This document shows, in pieces, positions 40,991 through 55,314 of a DNA stretch of 64,000 bases. The DNA comes from Octopus sinensis (Eukaryota), in NCBI RefSeq assembly GCF_006345805.1, contig NC_042998.1, forward strand, positions 117,180,001 to 117,244,000, in the 5' to 3' direction. The translations under genes and the position numbers were made by a program. Within the stretch, counting starts at the first letter, position 1; the number at the start of each line of letters is the position of its first letter. The notes below the pieces were generated by a model. It did no database searches. It was not told the origin of the DNA and saw nothing but the letters and a program-made list of their open reading frames with translations.

Positions 40991-43900
40991 TTTCGAAATG
41001 TTTTGTTTTGCATGGGGAGACCACAGTGGGTTGCAGTATTCGAGGTGTGACAGTACAAAGGAGGAGGAAAGAGGACTGATGACCCCCTGTTCTGTAGACC
41101 AGAAGGTTCCTAGGATCCAGGAGCTTATCCTACTAGCTATATCGACCTGTTCTACTTTCTGGTATTATTAAATGTTGTGAGTGGTTCCCCGAAGGAAGAG
41201 AGTATCGCTGTTTTAGCATAGTCATTCATCCAAAATGCATCAAATTTTCCTTCATTTAGTTGCATTTTTCTTTTGCATGCCCATTGACTAATAATATGTA
41301 GATCAGATTGGAGTTCGGTTCGGTCTTTTTTATTTATAATTTTCTGGAGTTTAGAGTCATTAGCAAATATTTTCAATTTGTTGCTTATTATGACGCTGGA
41401 AATATCGTTTATATAGCATATAAAAAAGAGCGAGCCCAAGACAGCCCCACTGAGAGACACCACTTGCGACTTTCGCTAGGTTTGTATGTATTCTACTGAT
41501 CACATTTTATGTTCTTTTTTCCAGGAAATACTCAATCCAGTATATTATATGTCCACGGATTCGAACATTTAACGATTTTGACACTAAGATACTGTGGTCG
41601 ACTCTTTCGAAAGTTTTCCTGAAGATGTATAACATCAGAGTTCGGACCTGATCCCAAAGTTTTAAGGGTATCATCGATGTAATATAAGAGTTGTGTTAGA
41701 CAGTTGCTGCCGCAGTGAAAGCTATTCTGATATGAATTTAGGAGATTGGGACTGACCAGGAAGCCAGCTACCTTTGATCTCACTATTCTTTCAAATACTT
41801 TAATATGGGAGGTGAGTGAGATTGCGTGATAGTTGACACTGAGAGATCTGTTATCCTGTTTGAATACCGGGATGACAGACAAGGATAAGAGCTGTTTCAG
41901 CATATATCCTGAGTCTAAAGAATTTCTGCAGAGGTTGGTTAAAGGGACTGCAAGTTGGTGTCTACATTCCTTCATGTAATCTAATAGCATGGACTCTATT
42001 AGGGCCTACAGCAGAATAGTATTTGATCTCATTTATTGCTGCTATGATGTCTGAAGAAGTAAAGGGTATGTCCGAGATTATATGTTGGGAATCGACTTCG
42101 TTCATATCCCTTATATCAATATCAGTGAATCACTAAAGACAGGGCAGTATTGTTTCCGCAGTACTTCTGTCATTTCTTTAGCATCATGTTGGAGAATCCC
42201 GTTATCATCGATCTGTGAATCAACGGTTGAGACAGCGGTCCTATGCTTATTTGTTTATGAATAGAACACTTTTGGCTTCTGTTTCAATTTTTTGATTACC
42301 CACTGCTCCTCTGTAGCTCTTTGATTTTCAGTGCAGGTTGGTCTGCAGATGAAGTTTTTCCATTGTTGTTCAATATGGATGTTTGTGGGGGTATTTGAAT
42401 TGGTTGATTTTTTAAGTCTCTTTATGCTCTTGATGAGTGTTTCTTTTCTCTCTAGGGAGCTTGTTCCTCTTTGTGCTAATAGATTTTGTAGGAGCGTGTT
42501 TTGAACATGTATGGGTGACAATGTCCTCAAAGTGCTGCCATGTGGTGTCAGTGTCAGTGGAACTGAGAGTGAGAAATCGGTGGATAAATTACAGGTCCTC
42601 TCTGATTGTATTCCAGTCCACTCTGTGGGCATTTATGTTGTCAAATAAATGCAGGGGTGTGGGATTGGTTGGTTTGGTTTTGATATGCCGTAAATTAAAG
42701 TTGCAAAGTATCATGTGGTCCGAGAGGAGAGTCTGTTCAACTAAAATGCTGTGAATGGAGCTAGGTTATTTTGTTAACATTAAATCCATGATTGTTTTAT
42801 TCTGTCTTGTTGGTTCGAGAACTAGCTACTACAGGAAAAAAATCATCCATTAGATTAAGGAGTAATTCTGCAGCTGCTGCTTTTGTCTGGTGTGGTGAAG
42901 TTACTTGACTTCAGAGTATTTGTGGGCTAGATTATGTAAGGGAGGTTAAAATCACCCATCACCAGTATGTTTCCGTTGTTATATTTTTGAAGGAAGGACT
43001 TAATTTTGTTGAGGCATCCTTCAAAGCACTTTAGAGGTTCTTGGGGAGGCACGTAGAGACCAACAATGGTTATGTCGTTTGCCTTGTTGAATATCGTTAT
43101 GGAATCACAGTAGCCATTGAAAAATATGTCCTTGGCATCAACTCCAGAGGAGTCCTGGAGAACGATGGTTGTTCCTCCTTCATTTTCGTCTGCATGGTTT
43201 TCACATCAGCATCCACGTGAGTGGTGTTTATGTGAGCCTCAGTAAAAATAAAGAAAGGGATGCAGTGTGCTGTTTCGGCAAGCCAAGTCTCTATAGATGG
43301 AGGTTTCTAATTCTGGGCAGTGAGTCATGGATTGAGGCCACGTACAATTAGCAGTGATGTTGAGGCAAGGGTAATTTGGTGATTGTAGTGTTCTAAGTGA
43401 TTAATCATATGTTGTTCAGACGTAGCAGAGAAAGTAGTTTTTGCATGGAGCTGTGTGTGTGTGATGTTCTAGTAGATGATCGGTGTTGGTTCCTTGTATT
43501 TTGCATATACAGCTCCTGATAACACGTTCGATCTCTCCGCTTAAGTCGGCCTTCATATTTTCTAGATAAGTTAGTGAAAAGATTTGCCTCTTTGGTTTGC
43601 CACTTGGTAAGATCATACATTGTTCATGTTTATGTTATTGGGTGTTACAGTTTTCCCATAGTTCTTTCTCAGTTGTTTGGTTTTATGAGGGGAAGTGTGG
43701 TTTTATTTTGCCTTAGTAGTTGTTGTAGCACTCTTCTGTTACTGTTTATTCTTATTGTTCGTTCGTTTTGTGCCCTTTAGATGGTAGTAGTTGCACTCTA
43801 GGCTCAGGCACATCCTTAGTGACTCGGAATTTTGGCACATTTTACGATGGAAAAATGTGCCCCTGTTGCTTTATGTACATCTGTATTTAGGATCAGGGCC

Positions 43901-44560
43901 ATGGACTCTGCACTATGGGCAGTATTTGGAATTAAGGTGAGAGCAGATTTTTTTTCCGTTATACCATATGGACAGATACTCTTAAGAAGTCTACGGCATC
44001 AGGTATGATGGAAAAAAGGGCATACCCCTTGCCGGTGTTGCTGGGGCCAAATCTACCGTTACCTTGGGAATGGTAACGACATGATTTTTGACGTGGGTAT
44101 AGTAGAATTTTGTCTATATTGAAAGAATCTTTAGTGAGTGGTCCTATTATAGTACAGTAACAGACTGTTGCTGCTGTTGCTGAAACGGCACTGAAACCTG
44201 GCTTGCAACAGTAGGGCTAGATGGATTCAGCTCAGATAGTGATTCCAAACAAAAGGTTTCCAATGTAGTAGCAGTAGATAGAACGTCCTGGTTCACGACG
44301 GTAATGTTGGGTAGGATTAGGTCAGATAGAGATATAAGAGGGTTGTTATGTTCTGCCGGCTAACGGGTTGTTGAGGTGACCCCTGAACTGTTGGCATCGG
44401 GGACAGTTGGTGCACTACATTCTTTAACAAGTATAGCTTCTAGTGTTTATGTGCGTTTGCAAGATATGAAACGATCTTATGGTTTCTTATATTTTGTTTT
44501 CAAGGTGTTTTACAGATCTGTAAAAGGACTGTGACGTTAATTTGTTTGGCAATTTTACCG
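40990..44560 (-). mobile_element. Decayed CR1-group LINE (ORF1, APE endonuclease, RT), 3'-truncated
   Basis: APE motifs ETWL, GD(F)xxP and SDHMIL. RT motifs VIPVFKQ..SVNYHAISLTSHIKVFERIV, GAVLGSLFFICYIND, KIFANDSKL and LEYCNPLWSP. Many stops and frameshifts. Confidence 0.85.
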
Positions 44561-45179
44561 TAATCACTAGGTTTTACACTATCGTTATGATTTCGTTTTC
44601 TACCCAGTGGCGTTTTAAAACGTTATTGGCCATATTCAGTGCATAGAACACTATTATACAATGTACGTCAGTTATTGCTTGTTTGATGTATGATTGTGAA
44701 TGTGCCGCAGGAAAGTAAATGTTAATATATAAGGAAATGCGTGGCTATATGCTGATGTGTGAAAGCGTTCAGTGCAGTTAGTGCAAATCAGAAAGAGTAG
44801 TGTATTTGATATAAATCAAGAGAAATTACTTCTCCTTACGAATCTAGTTTTAGAACTAAACTTGAGATTATTCGAATTTTTTGCAGGCACTGCTGCTTTA
44901 TATTTGTTTTTCGAGGTGGTGTATAATCTTATTTATCCTCCGATATAAATTTATCTAACATCCGGTGATAATAAGACAGTAGAATTCGAGGGTCCTGGGA
45001 CAAAAACCTACGCAGGTTACTGCTGATCTGAGGTGAAAACGGCTTCTTTGGCTGGTGACTTTGGAAAGTACGTCTTGTCACGAAGAAAGCATCAATCTAA
45101 ATCAAATATATATACACGTGCAGGAATATAGATGCAAACACATGCACGGGTATGTACGTATGTATATATTGTTCTTTCG

Positions 45180-45418
45180 AACAAACCATTTCTCTTATAT
45201 ATACATACATATATACATAAAATATACGTACACACACACATATATACATATATACATACAGACATATACGTATATATACATATATCTATATTCATACATG
45301 TATCTAGATACATACATACATGTGTGTATGTGCTTATACATATATATATATATATATATACATATATGCACACACACACACGCATATATATATATGTATA
45401 TATGCATACATACATATT

Positions 45419-45488
<70 letters not shown>

Positions 45489-45530
45489 CATACATATATA
45501 TATATATATACATACATATATATATGCGAG
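45180..45530. repeat. (TA)n/(TACA)n low-complexity array
   Basis: Seen directly. Confidence 0.95.
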
Positions 45531-46009
45531 GTCACATATAAAAGATCACCATCCTTAAACATATTCCAATACAATGGTAAATGACTAAAAAAATAAATTC
45601 AATGGTGAATAGGAAAGGGGATCCCCCTTCGCTCTCTCTCTCTCCAACTCTCTACGTTGCTATCTGTCTTTCTGACTATCTATCTACGTATCTATCTATC
45701 CATCTCTCTTCTCAGCCTCTCTACCTACCTATATTTCTATATATTCATCTCCATTGTCAATGGAACGTCAGCCAAGAAATGATGTTCTCTTCTTCTAAAC
45801 AACACCTTCCCATAAAAAAAAAAAAACATCTGTTACATATAAATGAACAAGCTGTTTCTACATTCACAAAATTTTATTTGACAAGATCGAGAAACGAACG
45901 AAAACGCTATAAAATAATGAAGAAATAGAAAAAATCATTCCCCAAATTCTGACGACTTTTTTCTCAATATTCAATTTCTGTACATCACACCTAGCACTAT
46001 ATCCATATA

Positions 46010-46405
46010 CAACGTTTTTTTTTTTTACGTCTGAGATACATTTGTATTGATTATTATATATCCACACTTTTTTTTCTATTTTGGGTTACATACCTAAGGT
46101 TATTTGGCTCATTTGTGTTGCGTTGTTTTGCGCCAAACAATATCTGACCGAGCAGTCCTTTTTCAAAATGTAAACAGTCTGTCATTTTCTTATTTTCTTA
46201 TTTTCACAACCATAGTATTTTGGATATACATGTGGTTTATTCTTAATAATAGAGGGTACGACTTGTGAGAGATTTATAATATTCTTCAGACATATTGACT
46301 CAAATATATATTTTTTAACCTTTTAAAACAAGCCTTCTGTAGTTTTTTCACTTTTTACTATTTTCTATATATTCAACCACGTGCTTTCACAAACCAACTT
46401 TCTTT

Positions 46406-46446
<41 letters not shown>

Positions 46447-47130
46447 CGTTCTATGGATTCTTTCTTTGAATATATATCGGAGAATCATAGAGTTTGTGTG
46501 GTTACAGCTTTACTTCGTCTGCACTACTTGTAGATAAATTAAAGAATTTCAGACAATCTGAAGATTAGGAATCCTTGACGCTTGAAGGATTGTCAAAGCA
46601 AATTCGCACGACCAAATAGCTAGCAGATAGTGTTATTGATAGTCTGGTAATTATCTGCTGCATCAAAGAAATAAACACTTCTGCTGCAGAAGCATCTTGT
46701 TTGTAAAGATGGTACCAATCTATATGAAATAAAACTGCAAGCAATACCCTTTACAATATCTACTAATGACATAATGTACTATATACAGTCATAATACAGC
46801 AACTGCACCGAGTTTATGGAACAATTTTGTATTATGGTTATTTTCCTGTCACAGATTGCAATTAAAATCTCTCACAAGGGGTACCCTCTATTATTAAGAA
46901 TAAATCACATGTATATCCAAAATACTATGGTTGTGAAAATAAGAAAATAAGAAAATGACAGACTGTTTACATTTTGAAAAAGGACTGCTCGGTCAGATAT
47001 TGTTTGGCGCAAAACAACGCAACAGAAATGAGCCAAATAACCTGAGGTATGTAACCCAAAATAGAAAAAAAAGTGTGGATATATAATAATCAATACAAAT
47101 ATATCTCGGACGTAAAAAAAAAAAACGTTG
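46010..47130. mobile_element. Putative non-autonomous DNA transposon/foldback with ~270 bp TIRs
   Basis: 46010-46280 is the near-identical reverse complement of 46861-47130. Termini read TA|CAACG...CGTTG|TA, and the ~580 bp spacer is non-coding. Confidence 0.7.
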
Positions 47131-47770
47131 TATCTTGGACAGAATTTAGAACGAACAGGAAATGTTTAAAACTGCCACAGCAGTCAATCACAAATTCAGA
47201 AATTTATTGACAGCCAACGAAAGCAAATAAATATAAACTCACATGCACGCGCGCGCGAGTAAATTTTTCGTAAAACTAAAAGCTATATCATAAGAATAAC
47301 GGCAGCACAAAGAAAATAAGTATGTAAATAAGACAAATAAGGAAACAGGCACGAAAATAATAGGTCATTGCAAGAAGAAAAATTGCATATCCTTATACAA
47401 TTGATGGTATGGAAATACATCCCGCAGGCAGCAAAATCCAGAAAGGAAGCATTGTAGAGTTAAACAATCATGCAGTACCACTGAAAACAGACGTTAAGTA
47501 GCTTATCCATGTTCGTGAAAAGGACCAAATTACCCTCAAATCCCACCACTGTATTAGAAATAGAAGGGTATTCAGAAATACCTTCACAGAATGTCAAAGA
47601 AATGGCTGATACATATTTTCTTTTCTAATCTAGGCCTTGTTTAGAAATCATGTAGAAGTAGAAACCTTATAGCAATCACGTAGAAAAATTACGTCGTCTC
47701 ACATAAGAATAAGAACTATCTGCTGGATAATATATCAATATTTCGACTAGACATTATTTTCAAAACTTCA

Positions 47771-47980
47771 AGCCGGCGAGCTGACAGAAACATTAGCACG
47801 CCGGGCGAAATGCTTAGCAGTATTCCGTCTGTCTTTACGTTTTGAAATTCCGCTGATGTCGACTTTACCTTTCATCCTTTCGCGGTCGCTGAATTAAGTA
47901 CCAGTTGCGACTGAGGTCGATCTAATCGACCGGCCCACTCCTCCAAAATTTCGGGCCGTTCGTAGAGTAGAAAATATTAT
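47771..47980 (+). mobile_element. SINE family C
   Basis: GGCGAGCTGACAGAAACATTAGCACGCCGGGCGAAATGCTTAG...GTCGACTTTACCTTTCATCCTTTCG.GGTCG..AATTAAGTACCAG; the core recurs at 5775 and 62085. Confidence 0.75.
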
Positions 47981-48649
47981 CAAAACTTCAGGTGAACGTA
48001 CGCCGATCAAACTGGTAATTCACAAATATTGCAGTAGTAACGACACATAACGTGAGAATTTGAAAACGCACACTTTCATAGCGACATTAGATCATACCAA
48101 AATATTAAGCTTGAGTATTACAGTAACGTTGTGTTAGATGCATCAAAATTGCTCTTATAAGGATTGAGATGAGATTCCCCAAGCAATCTACCAAGTAATT
48201 ACATTTATATAAAACGAAAATAGAAATGAAAATAACGATGTAAAATATGGGAAAACGTATATGAAATACAAATTTCTATAAGTCCTAGTCTATAGATCAG
48301 GAATAATCATGCGACTGCTTTGAGAAGTGATAATATTCAGATAATAAAGACTTCAATTTTTTGGCTAATATGCTAAAACATGCAGGAGAAAAATTATGCA
48401 GCTGGTTACCACAGGAAAAATTATATATATTCCGAAATGCAAAACCCGCTACAGACAATAACCATCAATATGAAAGTAATATATGAAAGCCTCACATACT
48501 TCCCTACAGTTAACACCTCTTCTTGTAAATACATTTGTACACGAGAAACAAAATGACGACCAAAACTGTTCTAAAGGGCTATTTTGGTGAATTGAACCAT
48601 ATTTAAACAACGCAATTTGAGAAACAAAATTACCAGTATGTTTTGGATT

Positions 48650-49880
48650 CTGAAAGTATGTTACTTTAATCTCTATAACGCTTTGATGTCGGAATCACGC
48701 GTGTAAATACATAACTGCCACAATACAAAGAAGAGCAGTTGCATAAAATTTGGAAAGAAATAATACTAGAAGATAAAATGTATGCTAAAAGCAGTCTCAT
48801 CTCAATGTTAAAAAAAGTTTCAGGTAAACTATATATTTCCAATACACATTTAAGTAGATCCAACTGCGTTAACAAATTCGCACGAAAGAATAACTGAACG
48901 TAAAAATAATGGACAATGTATAAGCTCTTCTCTGATTTATAACTAAATTCCTTAGAATATAACCAACCGATACGATTTGCATATCGGGTTATCACACATG
49001 ACCTTCAGTACGAGCTTAAAAGGACACATCAAGCTGCTACGAACAGAAGGAAATTAATTTAGAAATGAAGTTAGACTTATACACTAAAAATTGAAAATTC
49101 AAGCCTAAATATATAGAAGTAGATAAACTTGCTAAAGGAAAACCCATGCGTTGGAAGGCGAAAATTGGAAATATATATTACAGAAGTGTCAGATTAATAT
49201 TTAAGAAAAAACAAAGCAGTGAATACCAAAAATAATATAGCTATAAATATAGAAAATGTGGAAGTTGTAAAAACTGGGAAGTTAAAAGACTCAAACTTCT
49301 TAGGATAACCATCAAACTATTCACTGTATCCAAACCGACCAGATTAAAACTGATATAACATACCCGTAACATTCTTACAGAGAAGCAGGAACTTGAAAGA
49401 AATATAAAAAGAATATTGCTAGGTAATAACAGAGGAATAAGAAAAATAACTACAAACAAGAAAGAGACGTTGATTAATATAATTCTGCAAATAAACAAAT
49501 AACAAGTAGAAACGTTTCACTATATATTACATAGCGTAAATTAGAAACTAAAGGTGAAAATATACTGAGAAAAACCGTCATGATAAGGAATCAAAAACAG
49601 AAGTACAGCTCAGAAAAATGATAAAAATCATAAACTATCTCCAAAATATAGCACACGAAAACAAATTGAGAGTGATATCTCTCTTGATCTGTATTCTGCA
49701 AACTAGAGGGTGATGAAATAAAGAAATAGGAAAAACAACGATAGCTAAAATGCTTTGAACTAGAGGAAATTACAGAAACTGATTGCAGCACAACCAATTA
49801 TTCCCGGCAGTTATACAAAGACGCAATGGAGGTTACAGATATTTCTAAGGAAGAAGTAAATATAATCAACAGAGACATCA
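48650..49880 (+). mobile_element. Possible highly decayed LINE ORF2 remnant
   Basis: Strong A-skew on + and short peptides reminiscent of an APE-RT linker (SRQLYKDAMEVTDISKEEV). No diagnostic motif. Confidence 0.25.
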
Positions 49881-49995
49881 AGTGTGCGCGCATGCGTGTG
49901 TGTCTGCGTGTGTAAGTGTGCGTACATGTGTTAGCGCATATACATGTGTATACCCCACTCATTTGTGTATATCTATCCATCTCTCTGTCTGTCTG

Positions 49996-50047
<52 letters not shown>

Positions 50048-51329
50048 AGTGTGTGTGTGTGTGCGCGCGCGTTATATTTACAAAGGAAAGCATGTAGTAG
50101 ATATAATAAATTCGAAATAGTTTTCATTCTCTACAAAATACACAATATAGAATGAGCGCATGAAAATTATGCCTCTAATCCTGCACTAAACTATTTTCTC
50201 GGCTATGATAATATTCTCTACTCTGAAATATGCTGGTATACATGTTCACACAGGCTATGTATTTGAAGGAAATAATCAAAGAATATTGTCAAACAGAATT
50301 AGGAGATGACGTATTTTGCTCAGCCTAAGGAAAGACCAGCAAAGAAATATATCACAATATGTGCACAATGAAATTAATTGCTAGTAACATGTTTATAGTT
50401 AAAGTAAGAATGGCAATAAAACGGGACAAAAACAAAATGCAGTCATACTTGATTTACATATATTTAATACACCGAAATACTATGCACTACATATATATTA
50501 GGATGAATAATCACTGCATATTCAAAGAAAGAAAGAAAGAAAGATAACTCATTCAATGTACCGAAAACACTACGTGCATGACTGGCGTTTGAGATGGAAA
50601 AGCGAAATAGCAAGTATATAGGTACGATATGAATCAGCATACCTCTTTCTACCTATTGCAGGAAAAGCTAATATCAGCAGACATATATCCCTTAACTGAT
50701 CTTCCATTTTCTTAAAAGGAGATGATCATACAGTAAATATTCTAGGTCTCGATGTAAATCACATCCTCTCCAAATATTAGTGTTGAAATTAATTTCACCA
50801 TATGTCTTCACAAAGGAAGTTGTCCTGTGGTAAAAACGCTACGCATGTCATTAATAAAATCTTCTTTGAAATGTTATAACAGCCTATTGTTTTAGTAGGA
50901 ATATATATTTCACATGTATTCAAATCATAAGTTGAGCGTCCATTTCAATGAAAGGAAATGTAAGCAACATTTAACAAAAATATATATATTGAACAAATAG
51001 TTCTGATTATAAGGGAGCTAGTATGTTTCTTATTTCGATCAGAAGTGTGGTATGATTACAATAACGATATTTTAAGTAATCACATTACCTTATATTTCTG
51101 GGAACAGATGTAATCTAATTAATCGGTAATGCTCTATATAAGGCATTTATTTATTCCCCGCCCGAACACAGAAAAAAAAATTGACAACAATTGCAAAAAT
51201 AATTCCCTCCACGTATGCATATATCGGAACATCGTTTGACAAAGCAAATTTGTATGTCCAAACATACGTAAAAAACGATGTATAAATATAGTTTCAGCTG
51301 AAAGCCGTGGCCATGCAGGGGCACCGAAG

Positions 51330-52756
51330 TTTTGCTACACTGTTATTATTGAGAGCCTCTTCTAATATGTGGCATTTCGTGAATAAGGCAGTTTGATATC
51401 CCTACCCCCATTTGCATCTCTTACCGCGAGTAGGTTCATCTGGGACTCTCTACAGGAAGAGTTCAGTTTTGATTTGAAAACATCTACATCCACTTTGAGT
51501 AGGTCCTGCAGGATCTTTGAGAGAATATGGGCACCTGAAACTCAGGCTGTTCCAGTAACGGGTACCGAAGCGTGATGGCATTGCTGGGATATTTGGCACT
51601 GTGGAGTATCTACCCTTTCGGACATTGGTGTAGCTTTCAATGACAACATCTGGCACAGTTCCTTCCAGGATCTTCCAAATGTATACTACTGCATATCTCT
51701 ACTGCCTTGAGACCAGGGAGTAGAGACTTAGCTGTCTCTGCCTTTCCCATTAGCTGAGCTGTTGCAATGAGACGATCTTCTTTATGAAGCGTCGCTGGAT
51801 TACTTCAAGGTCCGCTGTTAATTTTACACTGTCGGTTGACCCTAGCTGGGAGTAGTAATCCAGGCGGCTGAAGACTAATGTGCTCCGGAAGACCATCATA
51901 GTTTCCTTTACTCTGGTTCTGAACGTTCTCAGGATCCATCCAGACAGTCGTATGCACTTCGTCACCATCTTTGTAATGTGCACTTGGAAAGAGGTATCAT
52001 CACTCATCTTCATACCTAGGTCCCCCACTGACTTTTGTTCTGAGATTGTAATCCCCTGTGGACCAGTGTACCCTGTAAGTTTTGTAGTCGGTCTTGTACG
52101 CTGGAAGCGCAGGATCTGGTATTTTTCAGCATTAACCTGTATATTACTGTCCTCAGCCCATCTGTAAATTGAGTCTAACACCTGCTGCAGGTGTGCAACA
52201 ACGCTGGGGTTCTGTATTTTCTGCGAGACACTTGTACCGTCAGCGTAGCTAGCAAAGGTGGCTATCAGGGCAGCTGAAGGTATATCTGAGAGGGCCACTA
52301 TGAAAAGCAGTGGTCTCAATTGCCTACAATTTTTGCTTCCTTTCAGGTGTCTCCATTGGCCACTATGGCCAGAATTCTATCTTTCAGAAAGTCATGTAAT
52401 CATTCTCCAAGTTTTCCAGCTATGCCAAGATCACGCAGTTTGTGGCATATCATTCCATGAGCCAACTTATAAAAAGCTTTTGCAAAGTCAAAGTATAATA
52501 TCCCCACAATTGAGCTGATGAATTACTGCCTCAATACGCAGGCATAATGCTGTAAGAGCTGTGTCAGACAGCACCTACCCAGTCGACAGTTATGCTGGGT
52601 ATCACTCAGCAAGTTATTTTCTTGAAGGAATACCATTAGTTACCCTCTGAATATCCGTTCCATGATTTTGCTGATGTGTGAAGTCAGAGAGATAGGCCTA
52701 TAGTTTTGAGCATCTGCTCTGCTTTCTCCTTCCTTCAGTCTCCTTGGCAGCCTGCC
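51330..52756 (-). mobile_element. 5'-truncated CR1-group LINE (RT + 3' end)
   Basis: PLLFIVALSDIP, ASYADGT, KSVGDLGMKMSDD, FRSTLVFSRLDYYSQL, LEVIQRRFIKKI and YIWKILEGTVP, followed by an AATAAT tail. Confidence 0.85.
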
Positions 52757-52955
52757 ATATATATATGATTGAGCCGAAGTAAATTTTAAGACCTTCTTTG
52801 TGAAATGAAATAAAACGGATCTGAATCAAAAATGAAAATGTTTACCCATGACGACAATGTGTGTGTGTGAAGACATACAAAGGCACAAATGCATGTCCAC
52901 AGACAGAAACACACAGAGCAGATACATACACACACACACACACACACACAGACAC

Positions 52956-53035
<80 letters not shown>

Positions 53036-53037
<2 letters not shown>

Positions 53038-55314
53038 GGAGTAAACACATAAATGTGAAACAAGGTGGAAAAAAGAGTACTCAAATACCAGTGGTAGAGC
53101 AATATGCTTTATTTTAAGCAGCAGAAGTTTTCGTTGCCGTTCATCAGACAGTTTTTGCTAGAATGGAACTGATATATCAATTCAATCTATACTCTTACAA
53201 ACGCTACACCTTTAAAAAGAAATGGACTTGTTTGATTGGCCCTTTAGAAAAAACGGTCAATCTTCGAGCGATAAACAAAAAGGTCAAAAATATACGTATA
53301 TATATATATAAAAAACTTATAAAAATTATAAAATCCGAGGAAAAAACCTATTGACGTTAATGAAGACAGTGCAAATTAATGCATAGAAATTAAACCTGTT
53401 ATAAATACTGCAATACATATTTATATTAAAATCTACATATATATATCAACATACACAAAAGGATGCGCGTAAACGCCATACATACATATACAGACGTATG
53501 AATATAAATCTAAATATACACATAAAAGCATGTGTACATATATTCACGCAAACCGTCTCGCACGCAAGCTAAAATTCATCTATGTAGCAATTCTCATATA
53601 CTGAGAAAGGAGGGGGAACGAAAGAAAGGGAGAGAGAGAAAAAGGAACGAAGGAGGGTGGGGAAAAAACCAAATAAGAAAAAATTATGTATACAAGCAGT
53701 GTAACGGTGTTATTGGCATATATAGAGACCAGTATACATACACAAGTTTGAATAGATACATATACATACCGCCGTGTATATGTGTGCTTAAGCACAAACA
53801 TACTTTCACTTACACATACACAGATACGCATACTTACAAATACATATGCTTTGCTATACACATACTTATATAAACATTCTAATTTTGACAACATTGCTTT
53901 TTTTAAAAAAACATTGCTTTTAAAAAATGGGTGCATTAATAAAAATATATACGAAAGACATATAAAATAAAATATAACATCCTATTTTGGGTCATTTATA
54001 AATAATCAAGGTAATATAAATAATCAAGGTAATCCTATGCAATACAATAACATGAAAACAAAGTTTGTAGGTTTTTCCTAATATATATGTAGAAACATAA
54101 GACTTTGCTATACGGATTAAGATCCGCATAGCTTGGAAACAATCTTGTTTTAAATGAATTTTCTGAAGCCCCTGTGTATGTCTTGTATTCCGATGAGCCT
54201 TCCACTTGCACCTTGGCTCTATAAACGACTCCTTTCACTAGACATTTCCCTTCTAACGGACAGGAGCTTTCGTTTTTGAAATTACATTTCTTAATGGGCT
54301 CGGCACCATGTCTAATCTCAATTAGCTTCCTATTATGTTGGCTAATGTAAGAGGCGAAATTTCTGCAACAAGAATAGCTAACCTTCAGGGTTCTTCTATT
54401 AAATATTCTATAGAATTTATGACCCTGCTTAAAATGCTTAGAGACTAATCTCAAAAATTCCTTACCTATATTAGTCTTTACGGCCAAATTGAAAGCCGGG
54501 TTGAACCACAAAACTTTCCTGGTCCTAGTTTTTCGTACAGCATTATTATCAGCATTAAGCTGGTTGAACTGGATCTTCTCAGAGAATCCACTATTCTTTA
54601 ATGCGCTATCGTAATAAGGTGCAGCATTATGGAATGCTGCCTCGTCCGAAGAAATTGAAGATATTCTTCTACCTACATTGCTGACTAAGTTCCTAATGAT
54701 AACTGGTGGATGGTTCGAATCTTTGCTAATATACGATAGCTTTTCATTGGGCTTACGGAAAGGTTTAAATCTATCCGATCTTACATTAAAATTTACGTCT
54801 AAAAAATCTACACTATTCAGGTTAGCATCTATCGTAACCCGTAAGGCCATCCTTTGAAAGAAAGCTATAAGGTCCTTCCTAAGTCTATCTGATTCATGGC
54901 CGTTTAGATTATGCGTGGCTATAAGGCCGTCATCCCTATATAAACCTGCATCTATAAATGGGAATTTTTGTTTTTGTTTTTGTTTCCAAGCTATGCGGAT
55001 CTTAATCCGTATAGCAAAGTCTTATGTTTCTACATATATATTAGGAAAAACCTACAAACTTTGTTTTCGTGTTATTGTATTGCATAGGATTACCTTGATT
55101 ATATATTTTTGACCTTTTTGTTTATCGCTCGAAGATTGACCGTTTTTTCTAAAGGGCCAATCAAACAAGTCCATTTCTTCTTAAAGGTGTAGCGTTTGTA
55201 AGAGTATAGATTGAATTGATATATCAGTTCCATTCTAGCAACAACTGTCTGATGAACGGCAACGAGAAACTCAGAGTAACAGATTTTGTTGAATTTTCTG
55301 CTGCCTAAAATAAA

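Noticed and set aside
53300-54010. Segment present in the left pLTR but absent from the inverted copy, suggesting a spliced Penelope intron
   Set aside because: The boundaries are AT microhomology, not GT...AG; an internal deletion is more likely.
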